In this document: positions 33,175 to 43,182 of the stretch, one piece after another
How the letters are laid out: every line of letters starts with the position of its first letter
Numbering within the stretch: position 1 is the first letter of the stretch
Origin: an uncultured Planctomycetales bacterium
GTDB lineage: Bacteria; Omnitrophota; Gorgyraeia; Zapsychrales; JBDRMG01
DNA: 64,000 bases
NCBI GenBank assembly: GCA_964478715.1
Contig: CAYZIY010000002.1
Coordinates: 35,179-99,178 of the forward strand
Direction: 5' to 3'
Translations under genes and position numbers: made by a program
Notes under the pieces: model-generated
What the model saw: only the letters and a program-made list of their open reading frames with translations
Told to the model about the DNA's origin: nothing
Databases searched by the model: none

Positions 33175-33801
33175 ATGGCTCGATATATCGGACCGGATTG
33201 CCGGTTATGTAGGCGAGAAGGTGAAAAATTATTTTTAAAAGGAAATCGTTGTTATGCGGACCGTTGTGCTTTGATGCGCAGAGAGTATGCTCCCGGTCAG
33301 CATGGTTCTCGCCGCGTTAAACTATCAAACTTTGGAATTCAGCTTCGGGAAAAACAGAAGGTTAAAAGGATCTATGGTCTATTGGAGAAGCAATTTCGCA
33401 GTTATTTTGCGAAGGCGGAACGCGGCAAGGGTGTTACCGGTGAAGTGCTTTTGCAGTTGCTGGAAAGACGCCTGGATAACGTAATCTTTCAGCTTGGATT
33501 CGCAACTTCTCGAAAAGAGGCCCGGCAATTTGTGACTCATGGCTTCGTGACAGTTAATGACCGAAAGGTCAATATTCCGTCATTTTTGGTTAAGAAGGAC
33601 CAAGAAATCACGATGAAGATTGATGGAAAGATGATCAAGCGTGTCAAGGAAAACATTGAAGTGACAAAAGATCGGGCAGCTCCCGAATGGTTGGCGGATG
33701 ATCCCGATCATTTTAAAGGCAAGATCAAACGGCTTCCCAATCGGGAAGATATTCTATTTAATGTGAATGAACAGCTTATCGTCGAGCTTTATTCACGATA
33801 A
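33175..33801 (+). CDS. rpsD: 30S ribosomal protein S4
   Basis: MARYIGP.CRLCRREG, LERRLDN, IVELYSR; start ATG 33175. Confidence 0.97.
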   Translation: MARYIGPDCRLCRREGEKLFLKGNRCYADRCALMRREYAPGQHGSRRVKLSNFGIQLREKQKVKRIYGLLEKQFRSYFAKAERGKGVTGEVLLQLLERRLDNVIFQLGFATSRKEARQFVTHGFVTVNDRKVNIPSFLVKKDQEITMKIDGKMIKRVKENIEVTKDRAAPEWLADDPDHFKGKIKRLPNREDILFNVNEQLIVELYSR

Positions 33802-33841
33802 TACATAACACACAGATACTACAGGATTTAGGAGGAAGCAC

Positions 33842-34834
33842 ATGGGGATAAAATGGAAAGATTTCCAGATGCCAAAACGATTAGACTGCGATGAATCCGT
33901 TTACAACAATGAATATGGAAAATTTTTGGCAGAACCTTTCGAAAGAGGTTATGGAGTAACGCTTGGAAACTCTCTTCGCCGGATCTTGCTTTCTTCGATT
34001 GAAGGTTCAGCTGTGACGGCCATACGCATTGAGGGCGTACAGCATGAATTCACAACGATTCCTGGCGTCTATGAACCCGTGACCGATATCGTTTTAAATA
34101 TCAAGAAACTTGTCTTAAGATCCCATTCTAAAACCAGCAAAACGATTTATATCAAAGCTGACAAAAAAGGAGAAATCCGAGCGAAAGACATTATATGTGA
34201 TGAAACTATTGAAATACTTAATCCGAATTTACTGATCGCTACCTTAACTCAGGATACAAAATTTCATATGGAAATGGAGGTTTCCCGTGGCCGAGGTTAT
34301 GTCCCAGCGGATCAAAACAAAAAAGAAGATGCGCCGGTCGGTACTATTGCGACAGATTCGATCTTTACGCCTATAGTGAGAATTAATTTTCGTGTCGAAA
34401 ATACCCGCGTTGGACAGCGCACTGATTACGACCGTTTGATTTTTGAAATTTGGACCAACGGAGGGATCAGCCCTAAAGAGGCCTTACTCTATGGGGCGAA
34501 CATTCTTCAGCGGCACCTTGATGTTTTTGTAAGCTATGGACAATTACCGGAAGAAGAAGAGGAAGAAGAAGAGGTTACGGCCGAAGAAAAGGCGGTTTAC
34601 GAAAAGTTGCGACTACCCATTTCCGAGCTGGAGCTTTCTGTAAGAAGCGCCAATTGTTTAAAAGAAGCCAATATTGATACCATTGGGGAGCTGGTGAGAA
34701 AGAGCGAATCAGAGCTTTTAGGATTTCGTAATTTCGGCAAAAAATCTCTTACCGAGATCAATGATCTTCTGAAGGCCATGGGCTTAAGTTTAGGCATGAA
34801 AGTCGATATGAAGAAACTAAGAAAGAAGGAATAA
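33842..34834 (+). CDS. rpoA: RNA polymerase alpha subunit
   Basis: [31 protein letters not shown]. Confidence 0.98.
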   Translation: MGIKWKDFQMPKRLDCDESVYNNEYGKFLAEPFERGYGVTLGNSLRRILLSSIEGSAVTAIRIEGVQHEFTTIPGVYEPVTDIVLNIKKLVLRSHSKTSKTIYIKADKKGEIRAKDIICDETIEILNPNLLIATLTQDTKFHMEMEVSRGRGYVPADQNKKEDAPVGTIATDSIFTPIVRINFRVENTRVGQRTDYDRLIFEIWTNGGISPKEALLYGANILQRHLDVFVSYGQLPEEEEEEEEVTAEEKAVYEKLRLPISELELSVRSANCLKEANIDTIGELVRKSESELLGFRNFGKKSLTEINDLLKAMGLSLGMKVDMKKLRKKE

Positions 34835-34842
34835 ACACAGCG

Positions 34843-35478
34843 ATGCGACACAAAAAGTCAGGAAATCGATTGAGTCGAAACAGAAGTCTGCGTAAGGCAA
34901 CCATAAGAGATTTAGCCCGTGCGACTTTAAAATTTAAGCGAATCAAAACAACTAAAGCCAAAGCAAAAGAGGCGCGAAAAACAGTCGAGCGATTGATCAC
35001 TCTCGGAAAAAGAGATACATTAGCTGCGCGTCGCAAAGCCTTCTCAATTTTATGCAGCCATCAGCTTGTTAGCGATCTTTTTAAAACGATTGCCGTCAAA
35101 TTCAAAAACCGCCAGGGGGGCTATACCCGTATTATTCCCTTAACCGAGCGAAGAGGTGACCATGCGTCGATCGTTTTCTTAGAGCTGACCGAATGGGAAG
35201 CGCCTGCGGCAGTTACTTCAAAAAAGAAATCCAAAAAGAAAGTCAAGGCAATCGAAGAAAATTCGCAAAAAATTCAAACTGATGGGACTCAGGAAGTCCA
35301 AACCAAAATAGAGAAAGAATCCGCTTCTGACAACGACGTTAAAGAGGCTAAAGGTGGATTTCAGCCGAAAACCAAAAAGGCCAAGAAAGAAAAAGAAGCG
35401 AAAGAAAAAAATGAAGACAAATCCAGAAAGAAATCTTTGGGCGGATTAAAAGGCATCTTTAAGCGAAAAAAGAAATAG
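34843..35478 (+). CDS. rplQ: 50S ribosomal protein L17 with ~90-aa C-terminal extension
   Basis: MRH, IKTT..KAKE, GGYTRI, RRGD. Confidence 0.96.
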   Translation: MRHKKSGNRLSRNRSLRKATIRDLARATLKFKRIKTTKAKAKEARKTVERLITLGKRDTLAARRKAFSILCSHQLVSDLFKTIAVKFKNRQGGYTRIIPLTERRGDHASIVFLELTEWEAPAAVTSKKKSKKKVKAIEENSQKIQTDGTQEVQTKIEKESASDNDVKEAKGGFQPKTKKAKKEKEAKEKNEDKSRKKSLGGLKGIFKRKKK

Positions 35479-35512
35479 CTTCTGTCTTTTAATTCCTTAA
35501 ACGTATCTATTT

Positions 35513-36682
35513 ATGGAAATCAATAAGCGTATTCAATCCGTTGTTCCTTCCGCAACGCTGGCTCTTACGTCAAAAGCCAAAGCTCTTAAAGCGCAGGGGC
35601 ACGATGTTATTAATTTTGCCGCTGGTGAACCAGATTTCAATACGCCTGATTTTATTAATCAAGCCGCTATTAAAGCCATCCAAGAAGGTTTCACAAAATA
35701 CACTCCGAGCATTGGGTTTCTAGCCTTGCGGGAGGCCATCGTCCGGAAATTTAAGGAAGATAATAATCTTCGCTACGAGGTGTCTCATATTGCCGTTTCC
35801 TGTGGGGCAAAACATTCTTTATTTAATGTGATCCAGGTTATTGTCAATGAAGGAGATGAGGTAATTGTTCCTTCTCCTTTCTGGGTCAGCTATCCAGAAA
35901 TGATCAAGATTGCCGGAGGAGTTCCAAGAATTATTGAGACAGGAGATGCCCAGCAATTCAAATTAACAGCCGAACAACTCAGAGCCCAGATCACCGAAAA
36001 GACCAAAGCACTGATTCTGAATTCTCCGTCCAATCCAACCGGTATGGTTTATGAAAAAGAAGAACTCGAGGCTATTGCTGAGGTTTGTGTACAAGAAGAC
36101 ATTCTAGTCATTAGTGATGAGATTTACGAGAAACTAAATTTTACTGATTCACCTTATGTTTCCATCGGGTCATTAAATCAGGATATTTTCCAGAGAACCA
36201 TTACGGTTAATGGGACATCTAAGGCTTATGCTATGACCGGTTGGAGGATTGGTTTTATTGGAGCTTCTCAGGATATTGTTAAAAACGTAAAAAATATTCA
36301 AGATCATTCTACCTCGAATCCCTGCTCTATTAGTCAAAAGGCCGCATTGGAGGCTTTAGAACACGGCCATAAGAGGGTTGAAGAAATGCGCGATCAGTTT
36401 CGACAAAGGAGAGATCTCATCCTTAAAGAACTGGATCAAATTGAACGAATTCGATATATTAAACCACAGGGCGCTTTTTATGTTTTTTGTGATATAAGTC
36501 GGCTGGGAGAGGATTCTTTTCAAGTAGTCAATGGGATTCTCGATGAGGAGAAGGTTGCCATGATTCCCGGTGATGGGTTTGGCGCCAAAGGTTATGCCCG
36601 CTTGAGCTATGCGACCAGTCAAGAGCATATTATAGAGGGTGTCAGGAGAATCAAACGGTGGATCGATCGAGGGGATTCTTAA
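35513..36682 (+). CDS. aspC: PLP-dependent aminotransferase class I/II (aspartate aminotransferase-like)
   Basis: GEPDF, NSPSNPTG, SDEIY, SKAYAMTGWRIG. Confidence 0.88.
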   Translation: MEINKRIQSVVPSATLALTSKAKALKAQGHDVINFAAGEPDFNTPDFINQAAIKAIQEGFTKYTPSIGFLALREAIVRKFKEDNNLRYEVSHIAVSCGAKHSLFNVIQVIVNEGDEVIVPSPFWVSYPEMIKIAGGVPRIIETGDAQQFKLTAEQLRAQITEKTKALILNSPSNPTGMVYEKEELEAIAEVCVQEDILVISDEIYEKLNFTDSPYVSIGSLNQDIFQRTITVNGTSKAYAMTGWRIGFIGASQDIVKNVKNIQDHSTSNPCSISQKAALEALEHGHKRVEEMRDQFRQRRDLILKELDQIERIRYIKPQGAFYVFCDISRLGEDSFQVVNGILDEEKVAMIPGDGFGAKGYARLSYATSQEHIIEGVRRIKRWIDRGDS

Positions 36683-36712
36683 AAATATTATTTTTTAAAA
36701 GAGGGTAACGCT

Positions 36713-37759
36713 ATGGAATTTCGGGATTTATTGATGTTGACTATCGAGAAGAATGCGTCAGACCTTCATTTGACAGAGAATTCGCCCCCTGTTATTCGAG
36801 TTGACGGAAATCTAGTTTTAACAGAGCATGAACCCTTGACTCGAGAAAAGTTAAAGAAAATGATTTATAGTGTTCTGACCGATCAGCAAAAAGAACAGTT
36901 TGAAAGAGATCTCGAATTGGATTTTTCCCTTTCCTTGCCGGGTCTGGATCGATTCCGAGCCAATGTGCACCTCCAGAAGGGCGCAACCGAGGCGGCATTC
37001 CGACGAATTCCGCTTTTTATTCCTTCCATTGATGAATTAGGATTGCCAACGGTTGTAACCGATCTGGCCCGACGTCCAAACGGACTTGTGCTTGTGACGG
37101 GGCCGACCGGTATGGGTAAGACAACAACATTGGCGGCGATGATTGAGTTGATTAATAATGAAAGAAAAAATTTGGTTATCTGCATTGAAGATCCTATCGA
37201 GTATATCCATCATAATAAGGAATGTCTCATTAAGCAGCGCGAGGTTCATGCGGATACAAGATCTTTTGCCGAGGCCTTAAAGCGGTGCCTCCGGCAGGAT
37301 CCGGATATTATCGTTGTCGGTGAGATGAGAGATTTAGAGACAATTCAAACTGCTTTGACCGCAGCGGAGACCGGTCACTTAGTTTTGGCGACACTCCATA
37401 CGCCCGATGCCCCTCAGACGATTGAACGTATCATCGATGTTTTCCCGCCTCACCAGCAGCAACAGGTCAAATTGCAACTTTCTGACTGTTTACAGGGAGT
37501 GGTGTCTCAATTGCTTCTTCCCAGAGCCAGCGGGACCGGTCGAGTTCTTGCCACGGAAATTATGGTTGCGACTCCCAGTGTGCGCAATCTGATACGAGAA
37601 CAGCAAATCGAGCAGATCCCCACAATCATTCAAACCGGCGGCCAGTATGGAATGAAATCGATGGACCGGTCCTTGAAAGAGCTTTATCAGTCCGGCGTGA
37701 TCAGCTATGAAGTCGCACTGGCAAAGGCCAAAAATCCTGAAGAATTTAAACAACTCTAA
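36713..37759 (+). CDS. pilT: Type IV pilus retraction ATPase PilT
   Basis: ASDLHL, GPTGMGKTT, EDPIE, LRQDPD..GEMRD, ETGH..TLH, SVRNLIRE. Confidence 0.9.
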   Translation: MEFRDLLMLTIEKNASDLHLTENSPPVIRVDGNLVLTEHEPLTREKLKKMIYSVLTDQQKEQFERDLELDFSLSLPGLDRFRANVHLQKGATEAAFRRIPLFIPSIDELGLPTVVTDLARRPNGLVLVTGPTGMGKTTTLAAMIELINNERKNLVICIEDPIEYIHHNKECLIKQREVHADTRSFAEALKRCLRQDPDIIVVGEMRDLETIQTALTAAETGHLVLATLHTPDAPQTIERIIDVFPPHQQQQVKLQLSDCLQGVVSQLLLPRASGTGRVLATEIMVATPSVRNLIREQQIEQIPTIIQTGGQYGMKSMDRSLKELYQSGVISYEVALAKAKNPEEFKQL

Positions 37760-37782
37760 TCTTTTTAAGAAAAGGATGTTTC

Positions 37783-38871
37783 ATGATTCGCGTTAGTCTT
37801 CTTCCCGGAGATGGTATTGGACCTGAAGTGGCTGAAGCAATGAAGAAATGTGTTGAGGCTACAGGAGTCAGCATTGAATGGGATACTCAGATAGTCGGGG
37901 AGCCAGCTATTGAGAAATATGGGACTCCTCTACCCGATCATGTTATCGATTCCATCAAGAAAAATAAAGTTGCCATTAAAGGCCCGATCGTCACTCCTGT
38001 TGGCAGGGGATTTCGTTCGGTCAATGTTCACTTAAGGCATGCTTTGGATCTCTTTGCATGTGTGCGGCCCAGCAAATATTATGAGGGTACAAAAGCGAAG
38101 ACAAGGAATATTGATTTAGTGGTTATTCGAGAAAATACCGAAGATTTATATGCCGGTGTCGAATTCGAGGTTAACAGTGACGCCGCCGTAAAGGTTATCG
38201 ATCTATGTAATCAACTTCAGTGCAGAAAAATTAAAAATGATTCGGCTATTTCGATCAAGCCGATTTCTATATCCGGCAGCCAACGGGTTATTGAATTTGC
38301 ATTCGACTATGCCCTGAAGAACAACAGAAAGAAAGTGGCCGTAGTTCATAAAGCCAATATTATGAAATATACCGATGGTCTTTTTCTTGAAATGGGTAGG
38401 ATGGCTGCCAAGAAATACGAAGGACGAGTGGAGTTTCAGGATGTCATTGTCGATAATATGTGTATGCAGCTCGTTCAGCGACCAGAGCATTACGATGTGC
38501 TGGTCCTTCCTAATCTTTACGGCGATATTATTTCTGATCTATGCGCTGGTCTGATTGGAGGTCTGGGCATAGCCCCAGGCGCTAATATAGGCAAAGAGAT
38601 GGCTCTATTTGAACCCGTCCACGGTTCGGCGCCAAAATATGCGGGAAAAAACAAAGTTAATCCTACCGCAACAATCCTTTCCGGTGTTTTAATGCTTCGG
38701 TATCTAAATGAGTCGAGAGCTGCCGATCGTCTCGAGCAAGCTGTTGCCGATGTTTTAAAGGAAGGGAAAGATGTAACCTATGACTTAAAAGCTGATCGCA
38801 ATGATCCTACGGCCGTAGGGACACAGGAAATGGCGCAAGCCATTTGCAAGAGAGTCAAAGCTCTGCCGTAA
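37783..38871 (+). CDS. Isocitrate/isopropylmalate dehydrogenase family protein (probably NAD-dependent IDH)
   Basis: PGDGIGPE, RSVN..LR, RENTE, NLYGDIISD, EPVHGSAP. Confidence 0.85.
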   Translation: MIRVSLLPGDGIGPEVAEAMKKCVEATGVSIEWDTQIVGEPAIEKYGTPLPDHVIDSIKKNKVAIKGPIVTPVGRGFRSVNVHLRHALDLFACVRPSKYYEGTKAKTRNIDLVVIRENTEDLYAGVEFEVNSDAAVKVIDLCNQLQCRKIKNDSAISIKPISISGSQRVIEFAFDYALKNNRKKVAVVHKANIMKYTDGLFLEMGRMAAKKYEGRVEFQDVIVDNMCMQLVQRPEHYDVLVLPNLYGDIISDLCAGLIGGLGIAPGANIGKEMALFEPVHGSAPKYAGKNKVNPTATILSGVLMLRYLNESRAADRLEQAVADVLKEGKDVTYDLKADRNDPTAVGTQEMAQAICKRVKALP

Positions 38872-38890
38872 ATAAGTTTCTCGTTGCTCG

Positions 38891-38938
38891 GAGCCTCGTT
38901 AGAAACAATTGAAGTTTTATAACGGGGCTTTTCTTTTT
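38891..38938 (+). terminator. Rho-independent terminator after the dehydrogenase gene
   Basis: GAGCCTCGTT...AACGGGGCTT stem followed by TTCTTTTT. Confidence 0.7.
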
Positions 38939-38965
38939 ATTGACTTTTGGTATAATATCTTGCAT

Positions 38966-39634
38966 ATGAAACAGTTACATCCCTGTCGGGTTTATGATTT
39001 GGGCTGTGTTTCATTTACACAGGCCTATCGCTTTCAAATGAAAAGGTTGCAGGATGTTTGCGATCAAGGAGTATTTTCTCTGATATTTTGCGAGCATACT
39101 CCTATTTTTACACTGGGGCGTCTTTCGGATTCTTCGCATATTTTAGTGGATAAGCAAAGTCGTTTGGATTTGGAAATAGATTTATCCACCACAAACCGAG
39201 GAGGAGAAGTTACATTTCATGGTCCCGGGCAGCTTGTTATTTATCCGATCATTGATCTTCACCACTATGGCAAAGATTTGAAAATGTATATGCTGAAACT
39301 AGAACAGGTCCTTATCGAATTACTGGTCTTTTTTGATATCAAGGCCAGCAAGGTTTCTTCTCGAAGAGGTGTTTGGATTAAATCAAAGAAGATCGCATCC
39401 ATTGGAATTGGTGCGAAAAAGTGGATTTCGCTTCATGGAGCAGCTCTCAATGTTAATACGAATATGGAATACTTTACCCTAATCAAACCCTGCGGATTGG
39501 ATGTCGCTATGACATCTCTTAAGGAAATTATGAGCCGCGAGGTCTCGATGTCTTTAGTGAAATCCCGTTTTATGGAACGATTTAAGGATATTTTCCAAGT
39601 GATGTATTTAAATCAAGAGGGGCTGTATGGTTGA
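38966..39634 (+). CDS. lipB: Lipoyl(octanoyl) transferase
   Basis: CEH..FTLG, RGGEVTFHGPGQL, KIASIG, HG.ALN, PCG; ATG 38966 preferred over TTG 38909. Confidence 0.92.
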   Translation: MKQLHPCRVYDLGCVSFTQAYRFQMKRLQDVCDQGVFSLIFCEHTPIFTLGRLSDSSHILVDKQSRLDLEIDLSTTNRGGEVTFHGPGQLVIYPIIDLHHYGKDLKMYMLKLEQVLIELLVFFDIKASKVSSRRGVWIKSKKIASIGIGAKKWISLHGAALNVNTNMEYFTLIKPCGLDVAMTSLKEIMSREVSMSLVKSRFMERFKDIFQVMYLNQEGLYG

Positions 39635-39857
39635 GATAACATTACCCGATTTAGGCGAAGGTATAGAGTTAGCCACGATTGCACAATGGTATGTGGATAT
39701 CGGTGACGATATTAAAAAAGACGATGATATTGTTGAGCTTGTTACAGACAAGGCATCTTTTGAGCTTCCCTCGCCCTGTTCCGGTCGACTTAAGGAAATC
39801 TATTTTCAATCCGGACGAGAGGTTCCCATTGGATCTGTGATAGCAACGATCGAATAA
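39627..39857 (+). CDS. Stand-alone lipoyl-carrier domain protein
   Basis: LPDLGEG...TDKA lipoyl-lysine motif, 76 aa, no catalytic domain. Confidence 0.85.
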   Translation: MVEITLPDLGEGIELATIAQWYVDIGDDIKKDDDIVELVTDKASFELPSPCSGRLKEIYFQSGREVPIGSVIATIE

Positions 39858-39861
39858 ATTT

Positions 39862-40998
39862 ATGCGCGTGCTTCTTCTCTACATTTCAGAGATTTCTGGT
39901 CACAGCCAAGCTTGCAAAGCTATCGAGAAGGCCCTGATCGATATTGATCCTGCCACGAAGATCAAAAGAATCAATGGTTTTAATTTTACCTATCCGCTGA
40001 TAGAGAAAATCGTCAACAGGGCCTACTTAAGCGTTATTAAAAGGACGCCGAGACTATGGGATTATCTTTACGATAATCCCAAGGTTTTTAAGGGAACCCA
40101 GGTTATCAAGCAAGCGATTCACAAATCAAAGCATGAAAAATTGGCAAAACTATTTGCCGAGTTTCAGCCGGATACGGTGATTTGCACGCAAGCCTTTCCC
40201 TGCGGTATGGTTGCCGACTATAAAGAAACGTATCATTTGCCTATCGCATTGATTGGCGTTTTGACAGATTTTGCTCCCCATTCTTATTGGATTTACAATA
40301 CCATTGATTATTATATCGTTCCTGCTGAAGAAATTAAAATAAAGCTTATTAATAAAGGTGTTGATCAACAAAAAATCAAAGTCTGCGGTATTCCAATAGA
40401 CCCGAAATTTGGCATCCAGCATGACCGCAAAACGATTATTAAAAGACTGGAATTAGATGAAAGCATACCCACCATACTGATTATGGGAGGAGGGCAAGGG
40501 TTAGGTCCCATTCGGGAAGCGGTGCGTGCTCTGAAAGACTCAACTATGGATTTCCAGCTCATCGTTGTTGCCGGAACGAATAGAAAGATCCTTCGCTGGC
40601 TTAAGAAGGTGAGACTTAAAAACGGTCGGAAAATTCTAACATATGAATTTGCAGATAATATTGATCAATTAATGGAGATCGCAAGTTTTGTCATTACGAA
40701 AGCCGGGGGTATGACTGTCAGCGAGTCATTGGCTAAGGGATTGCCTCTTATGATCGTTAAACCTATCCCCGGACAGGAAATGCATAATACCAAATTCCTG
40801 ACGGAGAAAAAAATCGCCTGTCACGTTAAAAACGTAAAGACTTTGGGAGGAGAAATCCAAAGATTACTCAAAGACGACCAGCGTCTGAAGCAAATGGCTG
40901 AAGCGGCTTTTTTTTATGGGCGACCCCGTTCGGCTCATCATATCGCGCAAATCGCTCTTAACCAAAAATCATGTTTAAATACTACATTTACCAAATAG
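39862..40998 (+). CDS. MGDG synthase/UgtP-like diacylglycerol glycosyltransferase (GT28)
   Basis: GH near N-terminus, LTDF..H..W, GIPI, MGGGQG, TKAGG, PGQE..N. Confidence 0.85.
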   Translation: MRVLLLYISEISGHSQACKAIEKALIDIDPATKIKRINGFNFTYPLIEKIVNRAYLSVIKRTPRLWDYLYDNPKVFKGTQVIKQAIHKSKHEKLAKLFAEFQPDTVICTQAFPCGMVADYKETYHLPIALIGVLTDFAPHSYWIYNTIDYYIVPAEEIKIKLINKGVDQQKIKVCGIPIDPKFGIQHDRKTIIKRLELDESIPTILIMGGGQGLGPIREAVRALKDSTMDFQLIVVAGTNRKILRWLKKVRLKNGRKILTYEFADNIDQLMEIASFVITKAGGMTVSESLAKGLPLMIVKPIPGQEMHNTKFLTEKKIACHVKNVKTLGGEIQRLLKDDQRLKQMAEAAFFYGRPRSAHHIAQIALNQKSCLNTTFTK

Positions 40999-41825
40999 GA
41001 ATTTGGCTAGCCAATATACTTCCCCTGAAAGCGGCTTATAATTTAGGCATCTTTTTATCCGATTTGCATTATTTCTTTGCCATTCGAGACAGAAAAATCG
41101 TGACTAATAATCTTCAGTGTATTTTGGGTCGTAAAGATAATCTCAAATCATTAGTGCGTGAAGTTTTTAGAAATTTTGGACGCTATTTGGTGGAATTCTT
41201 TCGAACGGAAAAATTTATTGATCGGCAGTTTGTGCGGAAAAATATTAAAATAGAGAACCAATATATATTGGATGATATGCGTAAGCAGGGACGGGGGGCT
41301 ATATTAATTACTGCTCATTTGGGTAATTGGGAGCTGGGATCTTTTATTGTCAGCTTATTGGGATATCCAACTGTTGTCATTGCGCTGCCTCACAAAGAAC
41401 GATCCGTCAATGAATTTTTCAACCGCCAACGAAAGGCAAAGGGGCTGATCGTTATTCCTACCAATATCGCTTTGCGCAAGTGCATTGAAGCGCTTAGGGA
41501 TAATAAATTTGTTGCGATGGCGGCTGATAGGGATTTTAGCTTATCGGGGGAAGTGATAGATTTTCTAGGAAAAAAGACACTGATTCCTCGGGGCGCTGCC
41601 GCTTTTTCGAGAAAACTCAATGTTCCGATTGTACCGGCTTTTTTGATCCGCGACAAAAAAAACAAACTGCATTTAGCTTTTGAAGCACCACTTTCTCCAG
41701 ACATGTCTCTAGATGAAGAAGAAAGTGTCCTTCAGTTAATGCGTGCCTATACTTCGGTCATTGAAAAGAAGATAAGACAGCATCCCGCTCAATGGCTGAT
41801 GTTCCGAAAGTTCTGGATCTCATGA
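40971..41825 (+). CDS. LpxL/HtrB/PatA-family lipid acyltransferase
   Basis: TAHLGNWE, ADRD, P.QW motifs. Confidence 0.82.
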   Translation: MFKYYIYQIGIWLANILPLKAAYNLGIFLSDLHYFFAIRDRKIVTNNLQCILGRKDNLKSLVREVFRNFGRYLVEFFRTEKFIDRQFVRKNIKIENQYILDDMRKQGRGAILITAHLGNWELGSFIVSLLGYPTVVIALPHKERSVNEFFNRQRKAKGLIVIPTNIALRKCIEALRDNKFVAMAADRDFSLSGEVIDFLGKKTLIPRGAAAFSRKLNVPIVPAFLIRDKKNKLHLAFEAPLSPDMSLDEEESVLQLMRAYTSVIEKKIRQHPAQWLMFRKFWIS

Positions 41826-42493
41826 ACATTTGTATTTTAATTCCGGTTCACAACGAATCAAGTGAAATTGGTCAGATTGTTTCTCAGATCAGGAAGATGA
41901 ATCTGGACGTGATTGTTGTCGATGATGGCTCTGAGGATTCTTCAGGCTCTATCGCCCAAAAGGAGGGCGCCGTTGTTTTGTCTCACGCGAAAAAAATGGG
42001 CAAAGGAGTTTCGCTGCAAGACGGATTTCACTATATTCAAGAACATGATTATGACGGCGTTATCACCATGGATGGTGATGGACAGCATGCCGTGACGGAT
42101 ATTGACAGATTAATTCATAAGGCCAAAGAGAATTCCGGAGACATTATCAACGGAACACGGATGCATAAACCCCAGGGGATGCCCCTCATTCGTTTAATTA
42201 CGAATAAACTGATGTCTTTGATCATTTCGGCTGCATGCAAGCAAAAAATCACCGATACTCAGTGTGGATTTCGTTATATTCCTTCGAAGGTTTTAAGAAA
42301 AATCCGATTAAATTCAAGCGGTTTTGAAATCGAAACAGAAGTTCTCACCAGAGCCAGCCGCAAGGGATTTTCCATTCGAAGCGTTGATATTCAAACTATT
42401 TACCAGAATGAGCGCAGTAAAATAGATCCCCTGAAAGATACGGTGCGATTTTTTGTCTTTATGTGCAAAGAAGTATGGTTTCGGAAATATTGA
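41822..42493 (+). CDS. GT2 glycosyltransferase (polyprenol-phosphate glycosyltransferase-like)
   Basis: IPVHNE, VDDGSED, GKG, MDGDGQH, DTQCGFR; ATG 41822. Confidence 0.88.
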   Translation: MNICILIPVHNESSEIGQIVSQIRKMNLDVIVVDDGSEDSSGSIAQKEGAVVLSHAKKMGKGVSLQDGFHYIQEHDYDGVITMDGDGQHAVTDIDRLIHKAKENSGDIINGTRMHKPQGMPLIRLITNKLMSLIISAACKQKITDTQCGFRYIPSKVLRKIRLNSSGFEIETEVLTRASRKGFSIRSVDIQTIYQNERSKIDPLKDTVRFFVFMCKEVWFRKY

Positions 42494-42510
42494 GATCCGT
42501 TTTTATTCAG

Positions 42511-43182
42511 ATGGAAAATAAAATTTTTCGCTGGGCTATTATCTGTTCTGCTTTGATTCATTTTGCATTCTTCTTAAGAATATCTTTTCTAAAAAATTCT
42601 CTTCTTTGGAAGCCCAAGGAATCAATGGAAGTTGTTTACTTTGAAAGCGGTTCTATCAAGCGCTCCGAAGAAAACGATTCGAAGGACACTTTATCTACAT
42701 TGAGGGGTCCTGAAAAGCGAACGGATGTTCGTCTTAGAAAACCGAGAAACGATACTTCGCTGATTAAGGATTTATCCAAGCTATTTGGAAAAATAGATAT
42801 GGTTCCCAAAAAACCGGCCCAAGTGAAGATGCCAGCGGTCAGACGCAGAATCACGGTTCCGCCGATTAAATCCGAAAAGATCGATAATCCTCAGTACCAG
42901 AACTATTATCAGATTGTTAGAAAAAAAATTCGAGAACGAGCCTACCTTAATTATGATCAATATGATACGGGAGAAGTCTACCTCACTTTTGTTTTGTCTA
43001 AAAACGGCAACTTGAGAAATATTCAATTGATTCGAGAAAAAACACAAGCGACTGAATATTTGCGTTCAATCAGTCAAAAAAGCGTTCGTCAGGCTGATCC
43101 GTTTCCACCGTTTCCTTCCGACTTATCATATCCGGAGTTGACATTTAATGTGATTATTTCTTATACGGAGGTTGCTCCATGA
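42511..43182 (+). CDS. TonB/TolA-like energy transducer with C-terminal TonB_C-type domain
   Basis: N-terminal TM with SxxxH (SALIH), Lys/Pro linker, C-terminal F.L...G...A.PFPPFP. Confidence 0.65.
   Translation: MENKIFRWAIICSALIHFAFFLRISFLKNSLLWKPKESMEVVYFESGSIKRSEENDSKDTLSTLRGPEKRTDVRLRKPRNDTSLIKDLSKLFGKIDMVPKKPAQVKMPAVRRRITVPPIKSEKIDNPQYQNYYQIVRKKIRERAYLNYDQYDTGEVYLTFVLSKNGNLRNIQLIREKTQATEYLRSISQKSVRQADPFPPFPSDLSYPELTFNVIISYTEVAP

Noticed and set aside
34550-34573. GAA/GAG repeat in rpoA
   Set aside because: Encodes a poly-Glu interdomain linker; in frame, not a contingency repeat.
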